A DNA stretch of 56,118 bases, the filler included, from Dugesia japonica (lineage: Eukaryota): the NCBI GenBank assembly GCA_001938525.1. It is 4 parts of 4 records of this genome, joined end to end, with 100 filler letters (N's around TTAATTAATTAA, not from the genome) between each part and the next. Parts side by side here need not be neighbours in the genome. Positions count along the whole stretch, not along the records: positions 36,982 to 46,409 come from MQRL01583866.1; positions 46,510 to 56,118 come from MQRL01483238.1; 2 more parts are not named here. One strand, 5' to 3'. A program made the translations under genes and the position numbers. Positions 37,817-49,799 of this stretch are shown one piece after another. The stretch's first letter is position 1; every line of letters starts with the position of its first letter. The notes under the pieces were generated by a model, which saw only the letters and a program-made list of their open reading frames with translations, did not search any database and had not been told where the DNA came from.

Positions 37817-38450
37817 CACAATAATATATTAGAATTAAATTAGGTTTTTTTTAGTATATTTAACAAATAATATTTAAAATGATGATTTTAATGTTATATT
37901 TTCAATTAAATTGTTTAATTTTCAAAATTAAAAAAAAATATTATAAAAGAAAAAACAATGAAATATTTTTCTTTATATAGTATGAATTTTGCTATTTATA
38001 AGCCTATAATGTTTATTTTTCATTTAAATTTCAATTTAAACAAGATGGAAAATAAAAACAATCAATTCCTTGCAAAAACTTTGATTAAATATTAACATTA
38101 AATCTTAGTAATATGCCATATGGTTTAATGCTAATTAATTTTTCCATTATTATTGACTTAAAATCTTTGTTATAACAGAAAAAACTTTATCGAATTTTCA
38201 ATTATTTTTTTTATTTATTGGTTAAATAAATTATAAATATAATTGAATATATTTTATTGATAATTGTACTTTAAATTACAAATTAAGGCAAATTATATTT
38301 TTTTAATCTTTTCCGATTTTCTGACCACAATTAAAGACTTTTTAGCATAAATATGAATTTATCAAAAAATTTTGAAAAAATTTCAAACGTTCTTTTAAAA
38401 GAATAATAATACTGTATATATATTATTAGTATTATTATTGTTATTATTAT

Positions 38451-41400
38451 TGTTAGAAGTCTGTTTCATAACCATAATATTTATTAATATGACAATCTAA
38501 AAAGGAGGAATAAATATATATGTAATTAGGATTTGAGCAATCAAAATACTTCAAAAGCAAACAAACATTGACCTGTTATGCAACATACAAAATAATTGAA
38601 CTCATTGTCAAATATTAATTATGCAACATATATTTTTAATAATCTTTTATAATAAATTTAAAATATTCTCACATTCCCTTCTCTTTAAAAGCTCTTAACC
38701 ACTCTACATTTCTTATAACTATTTTGCCATTTTCAAATTTTATGTGATAACTCCTATCATGTCTCTTTTTAATTATTATTCCTGGGTCTTTGTACATATC
38801 TTTATCTTTATTAGCAGATATATTTCTTACCAATTTATCTTACCTTATTGCATCTCTTAAAGTTCGAAGTTGTCTTTCGATTTGTCCATTACTAGAATGA
38901 TGATACAGACTTGAAAATTTTAACTCTATTCCATGTTTTTCTGNNNNNNNNNNNNNNNNNNNNNNNNNNNNNNNNNNNNNNNNNNNNNNNNNNNNNNNNN
39001 NNNNNNNCCCAAATTTCAAAGTTCACTGATTTTTTAATGTATTTGCTGCTTTTTTTTTCTGTTTGATCAATGTTAATGAAATATACTTGCTTAATTTGTC
39101 TATAATAGCTAATATATACTTTTTACTATTTTTAGCGGTTTTAAACGGTCCACAGAAATCAATATGTATAATTTCAAATATATCTGTAGATAACGTTTTC
39201 ATTATGTCTTCTTTTGTTTTCGAAGCTACAGTTTTTCTTTTTAGACATTTCTCACCGCTTTGCACAGTCTCATATATTATTTCAGTTTTATTTTCCATAT
39301 CAAATTGTCTCGAAATATATTCGAGAACTTTTTTGATCCAGTATGACATAACAATTGATCAATGAATAATCAATGAATTTGATTCTGATTTCTTTTGGGA
39401 TCCAAATTTTATTGTGAATTGTATAAACAATATTTTCAATCAATTTAAATTTATAATTTCTTTCAAAGCTTAAGTTCTCTTTAATAACATCGATTTCTTT
39501 ACACCATTCTTGCCATTTACAACCATCATTTTGTAACATTAGTGCCAGTATTTTAGTTTTCAATTTTCCAAATTTCGGTTCTTAATATATAGTCTGGTAT
39601 TGGACGCACGTTTCACAATCCGTTCTTGAGAGAGCATCTGCATTCAGATGTTCTTCACCTTTTCTGTATTCCATTTTAATATCCAAACTGCTAAGATGGT
39701 TGATCCATGTCTGAAATTGTGGTGCTATGGGTCTTTTAGTCTTCAGCATAAACGTTATTGCTTTATGATCTGTTCTTTATCGAAATATCTGTCCATACAA
39801 ATAATGTTTAAAATGTTCTGTGTTTAAAAGTTCTTTTCTGGTAATGCAATAGCTCAGCTCGTGTTTACTCATGGCTTTAAATCCGTAAGCAATAACTTTT
39901 TCTTCACCATCGTTATCAATTTGACTAAAAACTGTCCTATTCTATCAAAGCTAGCATCAGTATCCAATAAATATTCTTTAGAAAAATTCGGAAATGCTTT
40001 CAAATTTTTAAAACAAATTTTGCACTTATCTGTTCACTATCATTTTTCTGGTTACTACCACATAGATTTTCTAAACATTCTGAATTCCTTTGTATAATCC
40101 TTTATAAATTTCATATAGTAATTTGCGAGGCCTAAAAAACTTCTCAATTTTTTAACACATTTTTTGGTTTCAAAATTAAAAATTGCTTCAATTTTTGCAC
40201 TATCGGTATGAATTCCTTTTGAATTAATAATATGACCCAGAAATTTTATCTTGTTTTTCATGAAATGTCATTTAGATAGACTTATTTTTAAACCAGCTTC
40301 TTTTATACGTTTCAAAACATTGTCAATTATCTTATAGTGTTCTTTAAAAGTTTCAGAAAAAAATTAAAATATCATCTACGTAAACCACTGCTTCCTTCTA
40401 ATTTAATGGACCTTAAATCTTATTCATCGATTTCCGAAAGGTAGCGGAGCAGCTGCGATTCCAAAGAGCATTCTATTAAAATAATATTGTGCACCTTTTG
40501 TCGAAAATGCAGTTTTACATTTTGAGNNNNNNNNNNNNNNNNNTTGATAGTAAGCATTACCCAAATCTATACTAGTAAAATATTTGGCTCCATATAAAAT
40601 ATCCATCATTTCCTCAGTGTTATGAATAGGAAAAATTGGTCTTTCTGTAACTTCATTTAACAATCTATAATCTAAACAAAGTCGTATTTCATCATTGNNN
40701 NNNNNNNNNNNNNNNNNNNNNNNNNNNNNNNNNNNNNNNNNNNNNNNCATTCTATTAAAATAATATTGTGCACCTTTTGTCGAAAATGCAGTTTTACATT
40801 TTGAGTTATCTGTTAATTCTATTTGATAGTAAGCATTACCCAAATCTATACTAGTAAAATATTTGGCTCCATATAAAATATCCATCATTTCCTCAGTGTN
40901 NNGAATAGGAAAAATTGGTCTTTCTGTAACTTCATTTAACAATCTATAATCTAAACAAAGTCGTATTTCATCATTGTCTCGTTTTTTTACACAAACCAAA
41001 GGAGCATTCCAAGTAGAGTCACATTTACTTATAATTCCATTTCTTTAATATTTTGCTCAATTTTATCATTTAAATGATAAGGTTGACGCCTAGGATTGAT
41101 TGCAAATGGTTTAATATTTATAATTATTTTGTTTTACAATATTAGTTTTTCCAATATCCCATTTATGTTTCATTATAATGCTTNNNNNNNNNNNNNNNNN
41201 NNNNNNNNNNNNNNNNNNNNNNNNNNNNNNNNNNNNNNNNNNNNNNNNNNNNNNNNNNNNNNNNNNNNNNNNNNNNNNNNNNNNNNNNNNNNNNNNNNNN
41301 NNNNNNNNNNNNNNNNNNNNNNNNNNNNNNNNNNNNNNNNNNNNNNNNNNNNNNNNNNNNNNNNNNNNNNNNNNNCTCCATTTTTTATTAAGCTTTACAT

Positions 41401-42829
41401 TTAAATATACTTTTCCTACAATTTTTAAAGAACTATTATTCGCAGATTTAACATTTATATCAGAATTAATTATCGAAAAATTTTCTATTCTTTTTAATAA
41501 TTTATATTTAATAACACTAATTTTATCTCCAGTATCAAGTAACATTATGTAACAATATTATTAATTTTTAAATTTATCATAGGTCGACTATCTAGGGTAT
41601 TATAGTTTTCANAAATGTCTTTATCAAAATTATTAATAATTGATAAATTATTATTATCGTCATAATTATTATTACTACTATAATTATTTTTATTATTTAC
41701 AAGGTTATTTTTATTATTATTATTATCATCACACAAAATTATTTTCAGGCAATTCAATATCATACACACATTTACAATCATTGTCAATCATACAATTATT
41801 GCTCAAATCAAATCTTAAATTTTTTAATGAATCTCCACGACAACTTTCTCTCTTAAAAGGCTTTGGCATTTGGGAACTGATCTGTCATAGTTCTGTGATC
41901 ATCTGTCATCAAATCATCTGAATGTTCATCGTATGCTCCAACATTGTATTGATGATAATCTCTTTTCATATCCCGAATCTCATAGTATTGATGTTTAAAA
42001 TGTCCAGGTCTGTTACACAGGAAACATTTTACATTTGGACAACTAACTCTGACATGTCCTTCTTCTTAGCATGCCAACATCGTTTAGGTCTTTATGGAAA
42101 ATTATTTTCCGTTCTCTTAAATCCTCTTCCGTCAAAACGATTAATGGATGCATTTGAAAAAACATATCTTCTAGAATTTGAATATCGATTTCTGTTGTTT
42201 TCCACTAATTTATTCCTTTTAAATGTGAATGGCCGATTTGGCTGAAAATCATTAAATTTGCAGTTGTTGCATAATTCTTCTTTTCGATTTTAACTGACTT
42301 CCAAATTAAGCTCCTTCTTGATACTGTCTATTTTTGAAATAATATCTTTTATGTCTTCATTTGTTCTTGATACTTGAATTTTAATTTCTTTTTTAACATC
42401 CATATCTTCAACAGCATTTTGTAAAAGAAAACTGACAAGATTTTCCTTTGTCAAGATATGCCTGATTATATTCTCTGCAGGACGATTAATTTTGTTGAAA
42501 AACGAATTTAGGGATTCATTTCCTTTTCGATAATTTAATGCAGATAATAAATCTTTACCGATATTTGCTTGTTTTTCAAAAGCTTTTCGGTATCTTTGGG
42601 CATAATCTTCAATTGAATCATCCACGGATTCATATCTTTTAACATAATCTGAGGAAAGAAATACTTTTATAAATGTTCTTTGAACAGGACCTTGAGTCAT
42701 TGTAAGCTCATAAAATCTTGCTATCTCGATTAAAGATTCTTCCAAATCGTCTCCAATATCGAAGGATTTTGAAGTAGGAACAAAGGAATTGAGCATATGT
42801 CCTTAATTGGTCGCCATGTTAGAAGTCTC

Positions 42830-42830
<1 letters not shown>
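38451..42830 (-). mobile_element. Ty3/Gypsy LTR retrotransposon, near full length, decayed (gag-PR-RT-RNaseH-INT)
   Basis: PBS TGGCGACCA at 42816-42808 follows the LTR end ..CTTCTAACA. Gag is at 42290-42796, then LLDTGDKISV protease, RLCLDYRLLN/IDLGNAYYQ RT, LDTDAS RNase H and IHIDFCGP integrase. PPT AGAGAAGGGAA precedes the 3' LTR 38673-38451, which ends in the same AGACTTCTAACA. Confidence 0.9.

Positions 42831-42832
<2 letters not shown>

Positions 42833-42899
<67 letters not shown>
42833..42899. repeat. (ATT)n microsatellite
   Basis: Perfect trinucleotide run abutting a gap. Confidence 0.95.
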
Positions 42900-43206
42900 N
42901 NNNNNNNNNNNNNNNNNNNNNNNNNNNNNNNNNNNNNNNNNNNNNNNNNNNNNNNNNNNNNNNNNNNNNNNNNNNNNNNNNNNNNNNNNNNNNNNNNNNN
43001 NNNNNNNNNNNNNNNNNNNNNNNNNNNNNNNNNNNNNNNNNNNNNNNNNNNNNNNNNNNNNNNNGTTTTACAATTACAATTATTGTGAGAGTAATTGTTG
43101 AGCTTAACCATTGATCGTATTTGAAATTTCATTAAATTAAAAACTTTGATAAAAAATATTGTTTTTTTTATTTAAAAGGAAATATACTGATTCTTAGAAT
43201 TGTATG

Positions 43207-45780
43207 TGTTAGAAGGCAAATAACTGCTAGTAAAAATTATATTAAATGACATAATTTTTCTGGTTTATATTGGGGAAATCTTTAATGATTTCGTAATGGA
43301 GGACATACTCATTTATAAACACATCATTCTAAAAACAATTAAATTTTATATTACAATCAAACATTCATACTTAAACCCGCATATTAAATAATTATTAACC
43401 CTTGTTTTCACAAAACTAATTTGTTAGTATTATGTAATAAAATGATAAATTTAGTTTTAATGTATTTATTATCACATTCCCCCCTCCTTATATGGCTTTA
43501 GCCATTCTATGTTACGAACTACTTTAGTTCTATTTTCGTCCCTTAACTCGTAATTATTTTCATGTAATTTATTAAGAACTCTAAATGCGCCTTTAAATCT
43601 GTTATTCTGCTTATTTCGGACATCCATTTTAATTACCACACTATCACTAATCTTAAATACTCTGTGTTCTACGCTCATTATCATAACTATTTATTACTTT
43701 ATTAGCATTTATAATGCTTTTATTTTTATCTCGTAAATTATTTGTCTTTTTTATATCAATTATTTCATCCATATTTCCGTCATTAGTGCTAATAAATCTT
43801 TCTTTCAATATTCTCTTGCCAAATATAAATTCTGCTGGTGTACAGTTGATAATTTTTGAATGGTTGTGTTCATTGGAAATTCTATGTGAGTTAAAGCTTT
43901 TCCCCATGTTTTATATAGTTTATCATTTAAACTACAAAAGATTTAATCGCGTATTGTTCAAAATTGTCTTTCCATCTGTCCATTTGTATGATGATAAGGA
44001 CTTGAATATTTACTAATAAAATTATATTTAAATGCCATTTTTCTAAAGGAATCTAAATCAAAACATTTACCATAATCTAAATTGACTATTTTTGGTGTTT
44101 CAAATTTTAATATCCAATCATTGATAATAATTTTTGTGATAGAACTTTCATCTTGAGAACGAATAGCCTTTAATACAATATACTTACTGAATTGATCGAT
44201 TATGGCTAGAATATACTTTTTGCCATTTATTTTTGTTTTAAATGGTACTCAAATATTTTTATAAATACCTTCAAAAGTTTCTAATGCATTAATCTTCGTG
44301 ATAAATTCTTTAGTTTTTGATGTAATGGATTTTCGTTTTTGCCAAAACTGACAAGATTCTATAATTTCTTTTATTATTTTAGACTAGTAACATTTTAAAA
44401 TAGTAACATGGAGAAATATAATAAGTTAACTAATTTGTTCCAATGTGACACATGTCTCTCTGTGTTTCATTTACGAACTAATACCTGTGATTAATAGGAA
44501 TATATATTTTATTTTCACTATTATAAATAAAATCATTAAATAGATAAATTTTTTTTTCACTGTTATCAAGAATATCTTTTTTCATAGTTGTTATTTCTTC
44601 AGATTTATCTTGCCACTTATATGGTTCTTTATTTTCAGAAATTGTTAAAAGTAGTGTTTTTAATTTTTCAGTCTTAGCGTCATGGTGGGCCGTTTAATAT
44701 TGCTTACATTCCATAGTATTGAATCTTGATAATGCATCTGCATTATTGTGTGATCCTTCTTTTCTATATTCTAATTTCATATCAATACTGATTAAAAAAT
44801 TAATCCAATTTTGAAAATGAGTGGTAAGTGGTTTCTTTGTCATCATAAAAATAATTGCTTTATGATAGATTCTTAGAATAAACTGTTTCCCGTAAAAAAA
44901 TGTTTAAAATGTTGAATAAAATAATATATGGATAGTAATTCTTTTCTTGTAATACAATATCCTATTTCATGTTTACTCATGGTCTTCAAACCATATGCTG
45001 TGATAATTTTTTTTCTATTTTCATCGTATTGTGAGAAGACAGCTCCCATGGAATCAAAACTAGCGTCAGTATCTAAAATAAAGGTCTTCTTAAAATCAGG
45101 ATATCCCAAAATTGGTGCTTTTATTAAACTTTATTTCAAATTCTCAAATGACATCTTACATTTCTCTGTCCATATTAATTTGTTATTTTTACAACCAATC
45201 AATTCTTCGAGTGGCTTAGCAATGTATGAATACTCCTTAAAAAACTTTCTATAATAATTGGCTAATCTCATAAAATTTCTTAAGTGTTTTATACAAGTTG
45301 GTGTTTTAAATTCTTCAATGGCATCAATCTTTGACATATCAGTTTATATTCCGCGATTATTTATTCTGTGTCGTAAAAATTTTAATTCTGACACAAAAAA
45401 ATTACATTTTGTTGGATTAATTTTTAGGCCTGATGCTTCTATTGAGTGAAATAGTTTTTCTATTCTTATCTTATGACCTTCTATGGTTTTAGAAAAAATT
45501 AAAATATTGTCCAAATAAACTAAAGCTTTTTTTCACATCATGTCACTTACAATTAGCTACATCAGATTTTGAAAAAGTCGAAGGAGCAGTAGCAATTCCA
45601 AAAGACATTCTATTAAAACAGTATTGTCCATAGCGAGTTGAAAATGCAGTTTTCTCTTTTGATTCTTCATCCAATTCCACTTGATAACAGGCATTACCTA
45701 AATCAATCGAAGTACAATATTGTGTTCCGTGCAATGTGTAGAAATACTTGTTATTTAGTCGCATTAATTGTAATCGGCAG
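43207..45780 (-). mobile_element. Second Ty3/Gypsy copy, 3' half (RT-RNaseH-INT-PPT-LTR), related to 38451-42830
   Basis: IDLGNACYQ..KTAFST, FILDTDAS, YCITRKELL and integrase end VVRNIEWLKPYKEGGM*. PPT AGGAGGGGGA precedes LTR 43476-43207 (TG...CTTCTAACA). Confidence 0.88.
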
Positions 45781-45990
45781 TTTTTTAAAAATATTTGGTT
45801 TTGTGTAGCTACTTCTTTTTAGTTATANNNNNNNNNNNNNNNNNNNNNNNNNNNNNNNNNNNNNNNNNNNNNNNNNNNNNNNNNNNNNNNNNNNNNNNNN
45901 NNNNNNNNNNNNNNNNNNNNNNNNNNNNNNNNNNNNNNNNNNNNNNNNNNNNNNNNNNNNNNNNNNNNNNNNNNNNNNNNNNNNNNNNNN

Positions 45991-46398
45991 GAAAAATCAG
46001 AAAAACTGATGAACAGTTTGGAAGAAAATGCAAGGTTAGAATTAAGATCAATTCCAAATTTAAGAAGCAATATATCAAATTATGATTGGATTAAAGAGGA
46101 GTTAATTAAATTATATCGCACAAAAATGAGCAAAGTAAGTCCAATAATTAATGCGCTTAATTGCAGACAGGAAAATATGTCTATTCGCGAATATTTAACG
46201 ACCGTTCGAGTTNNNNNNNNNNNNNNNNNNNNNNNNNNNNNNNNNNNNNNNNNNNNNNNNATCCTTATTAATATATTTTTAAAAGGAATAAATAATCGAA
46301 ATGCTGCCAAAGCGACTGAATTGATGAAACCAAAGTCACTAGAAGAAGCGTTTAATCTTATTAAAAAAGAAGACAAAAATCAGAAAATTATTATGTGA
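45991..46398 (+). pseudogene. Retrotransposon gag-like fragment
   Basis: YDWIKEELIKLY...LNCRQENMSIREYL...IFLKGINN...KPKSLEEAF resembles the retrotransposon gag capsid pattern (Q..E.I..Y...F..GL...P..L..A). Confidence 0.6.
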
Positions 46399-48089
46399 GA
46401 AAGATTACTNNNNNNNNNNNNNNNNNNNNNNNNNNNNNNNNNNNNNNNNNNNNTTAATTAATTAANNNNNNNNNNNNNNNNNNNNNNNNNNNNNNNNNNN
46501 NNNNNNNNNGAATTATGTGTTATACATGTTATGTTATGTCTGTTATGCATGCAAACCTCAACAATATGATTAAATCAAACATAAAGTAGCAGCAATCTCA
46601 AAAAAAATTCTTTTAAATTATTTCTTTTCAAATGTAGCTTTCAATTTATTGCTCATTTTATATTTTCTCTAACTCAGAATTTACTTTGAAAATTTGTATA
46701 ATTTTCCTTTTATTTTTATTGTAATTATTTAGATTTTATTTTTAATAAATATTTTCTTTCCGAATTTATTAATTATTTGTTTCACTTTTATTTTTCATTC
46801 TGATAGATCTAGATTTTTATTTTCTTTATTTCTTTTCTTGGTTTAAATAAAAAAATTGTGAATTTGAAATGTTTTCAACAATCTCTGGTAATTGTACTAT
46901 ATTTTCATTAAGTTTTAACAGGTTTATACTTTTTGTTTAAGTTGAACTATCGTAATCTTTAAATTTTTATTTCAATTTACTTAACTTAGTCTGATGATAT
47001 TGATAAATTTTTTTCAAAATTTTTCTTGTAATCTCTTTTGTCCATGTGCATTCTTTTTTGATTTTTAAATTTTGTTTTTGAATTATTCGATTTTATACCG
47101 ATTTTCTCTAGTTTCTAGAAATTATATTCACAATGTTTCATGTGTGTGGTAATATTAGATTTTATATTTTCATGAAATTTTGTTTAATTGAGATAATAAA
47201 CTATTGATTTCTCTTGACTCACTTATTTTTCCTTTTTGATTGTTTTTAATTATTGAACGTAATGATTCGTTATTTTTGTTACTGCTACCTAAATGGATTT
47301 GTAATTTTTCACTGATGTACAGTTTTAAACTGAGTTTCTTTCATTCGTCGTATTCTTGACCGATAATTTCCATGTTTATTATCAATGTTCAGGTTTTTAT
47401 TGTTACTGATTACTATTAATATTTCTTTTTGTTTAGCATAAATCTCTATATACTCGCGTTTTTATGTTCCCTGACTAATTTTCATCTTGCTTGGTGTTTC
47501 CAGGTTGTTGGTGCTGACATTGTTTCGTATATATGGAATAACTTGCTATGATTAAAAAGTCAATAGTTAAACAATCATGTAATATCATAATTTACAATAA
47601 TCCTTGACGAAGAATAATTTCTATAATTGATCAAAATTTAATAAATACAATTCGACGTTAATTTTTCCCGCTAACGATAAAATATTGTTTTTACAAAGAG
47701 TGAATGTTTTATAGCACTTTTACTGGAATCTATTTATTTAATTAAAAATTAAATACATTCGATAAGTATTTAAAATTTAAACCAGAAAAAATGCTTCTTT
47801 ATACAGTTTCTTTATATGCTAATTTAAAATTTTAAATGCAAATTTATTTCAATCGTATTTGCTGTTTTCAAATTAATTATAAAAATATAAATTTTTTTAA
47901 AATTTCCTCATTAATTTATATAAAAATTAGAAAATAATAAAACGTTGAATTTTTTCATTTTTCTATATATGGTATAAATTTTTTAATGTTACCCGAATAT
48001 TCGAAATATTTTAGTTGTTTTAACGCATCAGTGAAATCACTTATTTATAAACAAAATAGTTTATAACCTCCATTTATTTCATTAATATA

Positions 48090-49799
48090 ATGGCTGATAG
48101 AGAAGAGAATGTATATCGTGCCAAACTTGCTGAGCAAGCTGAACGATACGATGGTAAAAAATGTTTATTTCTAGAAGTTTGGTTTCAAATTTTGGATTTT
48201 AGAAATGGTAAAATCAATGAAATGTGTTGCTGCATCAGATTGCGAATTATCTGTTGAAGAAAGAAATTTATTATCAGTAGCTTTTAAAAATGTCATTGGA
48301 TCTAGAAGAGCAAGTTGGAGAATTCTCAGTACAATCGAACAAAGAGAAGAAGCCAAAGGTAGTAGTCAAATGAGAATAGAGTTAGCCAAAGCCTATAGAA
48401 AACAGGTTGAAAAAGAATTAGCAGAAGTCTGTGATGAAGTGGTGAAAGTTTTGGATACGCAGCTTTTGCCGAAAGCATCAAATATTGAATCCCAAGTATT
48501 TTACTTGAAAATGTAACTTAATACGAATTTCAATTGCATCATTATGTAATATTTATAGGAAAGGCGATTATTATAGATATCGAGCTGAATTTGCCATTGA
48601 AAAAGAACGTGAAGAGGTTGCCCAAAAAAGTTTAGGGGCCTATGAATCTGCAATGACCCAGGCTGAAAGTTTGAGCGCAACTCATCCCATTCGATTAGGA
48701 TTAGCTTTGAATTTTTCTGTTTTCTATTTTGAAATTATGGGTAATCCTGAAAAGGCATGCTCATTAGCGAAAACTGCTTTCGATCAAGCAATAGGAGAAT
48801 TGGATAACTTAACTGAAGAGGAAAATTACAAGGATTCTACATTAATAATGCAATTGCTTAGAGATAATTTGACTTTGTGGAATTCTGGGGAAGAAGATGG
48901 TAAGTGACTTATTGAAGGCTATTTTTTATTGATTTATAATTTTTGAGTACTTATCCGATGAATTTGTGTTCGAAATTATTGATAATTCATCTAAATTTAA
49001 CCATAAACTTTATATAATTATATATATAGATGATATAGAAATGATAGTCAAAATTTAATTTTAATAATAAAACAAGTTTTTATTACTTGTTTAAAGATAA
49101 AATTTTTCAATATTAAAAATAATTAATTGTTTTTATAAATATCAGGTTAATTATTTTAAAATTTGCATTCTTTCTGCATAAACATAATCCATGTGAAAAG
49201 GAAGTCTAGTTGCTATTTATAGAATTCTTGATGACTAATATCACTAATGGCTGTTAGCAACAGACGTGAAAGCAAATTATGTTATGATTTATTAAATTAT
49301 TTTCGTAACAAATCAGTGTGTACGTAAAATAATAAAATTACTTGAAAGGAATTTCAATTTGAGCATTTTTAATCACGATAAATTAAAATTTCAAATATTT
49401 CGAATTTAAAATTTTAAATTCAATATTTAAAATTGACATAAAAATATATTTTATTTAATATTTTTAAATAAAATTTCCATATTTTTAAATGGCGTAAATT
49501 TAAAAGTAAAAATTTAAACCAAATAAAGTTTTCCAGTTTTATTAACTCAGCAGTTGATCTAATTGAAGTATCAAATTACGACTGACTGCTAGAAAATGTT
49601 TGAAATTTGTTATTTATTATGTGACAGCATTAATGCGAAATGCGAATATCAAATATGCTGTACAAATATAAGGTAATAATATTTTATTGGTGAATTTATT
49701 ATCGATTCTATGTTTTTCTTTGAATTACAATAATTATTATTGTTAATTATTTTAGACAACAAACAAAACGAGACAAATGCTGAAGGTGGAGATCAATAA
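48090..49799 (+). CDS. 14-3-3 protein (~252 aa); exons 48090-48153, 48203-48512, 48559-48899, 49756-49799
   Basis: [71 protein letters not shown] and [18 protein letters not shown], joined by in-frame GT-AG introns. Confidence 0.95.

Noticed and set aside
37477-37843. Poly-I/Y/N ORFs (also 42797-43132)
   Set aside because: These are translations of (ATT)n microsatellites and N gaps.
40480-40980. Exact tandem duplication of part of the RT domain
   Set aside because: The copies are identical and separated or interrupted by N runs, so this is most likely a gap-filling assembly artefact.
46510-47520. T-rich strand-biased block that might be a decayed non-LTR ORF1 on the minus strand
   Set aside because: No convincing motif could be read, so it is too degenerate to call.
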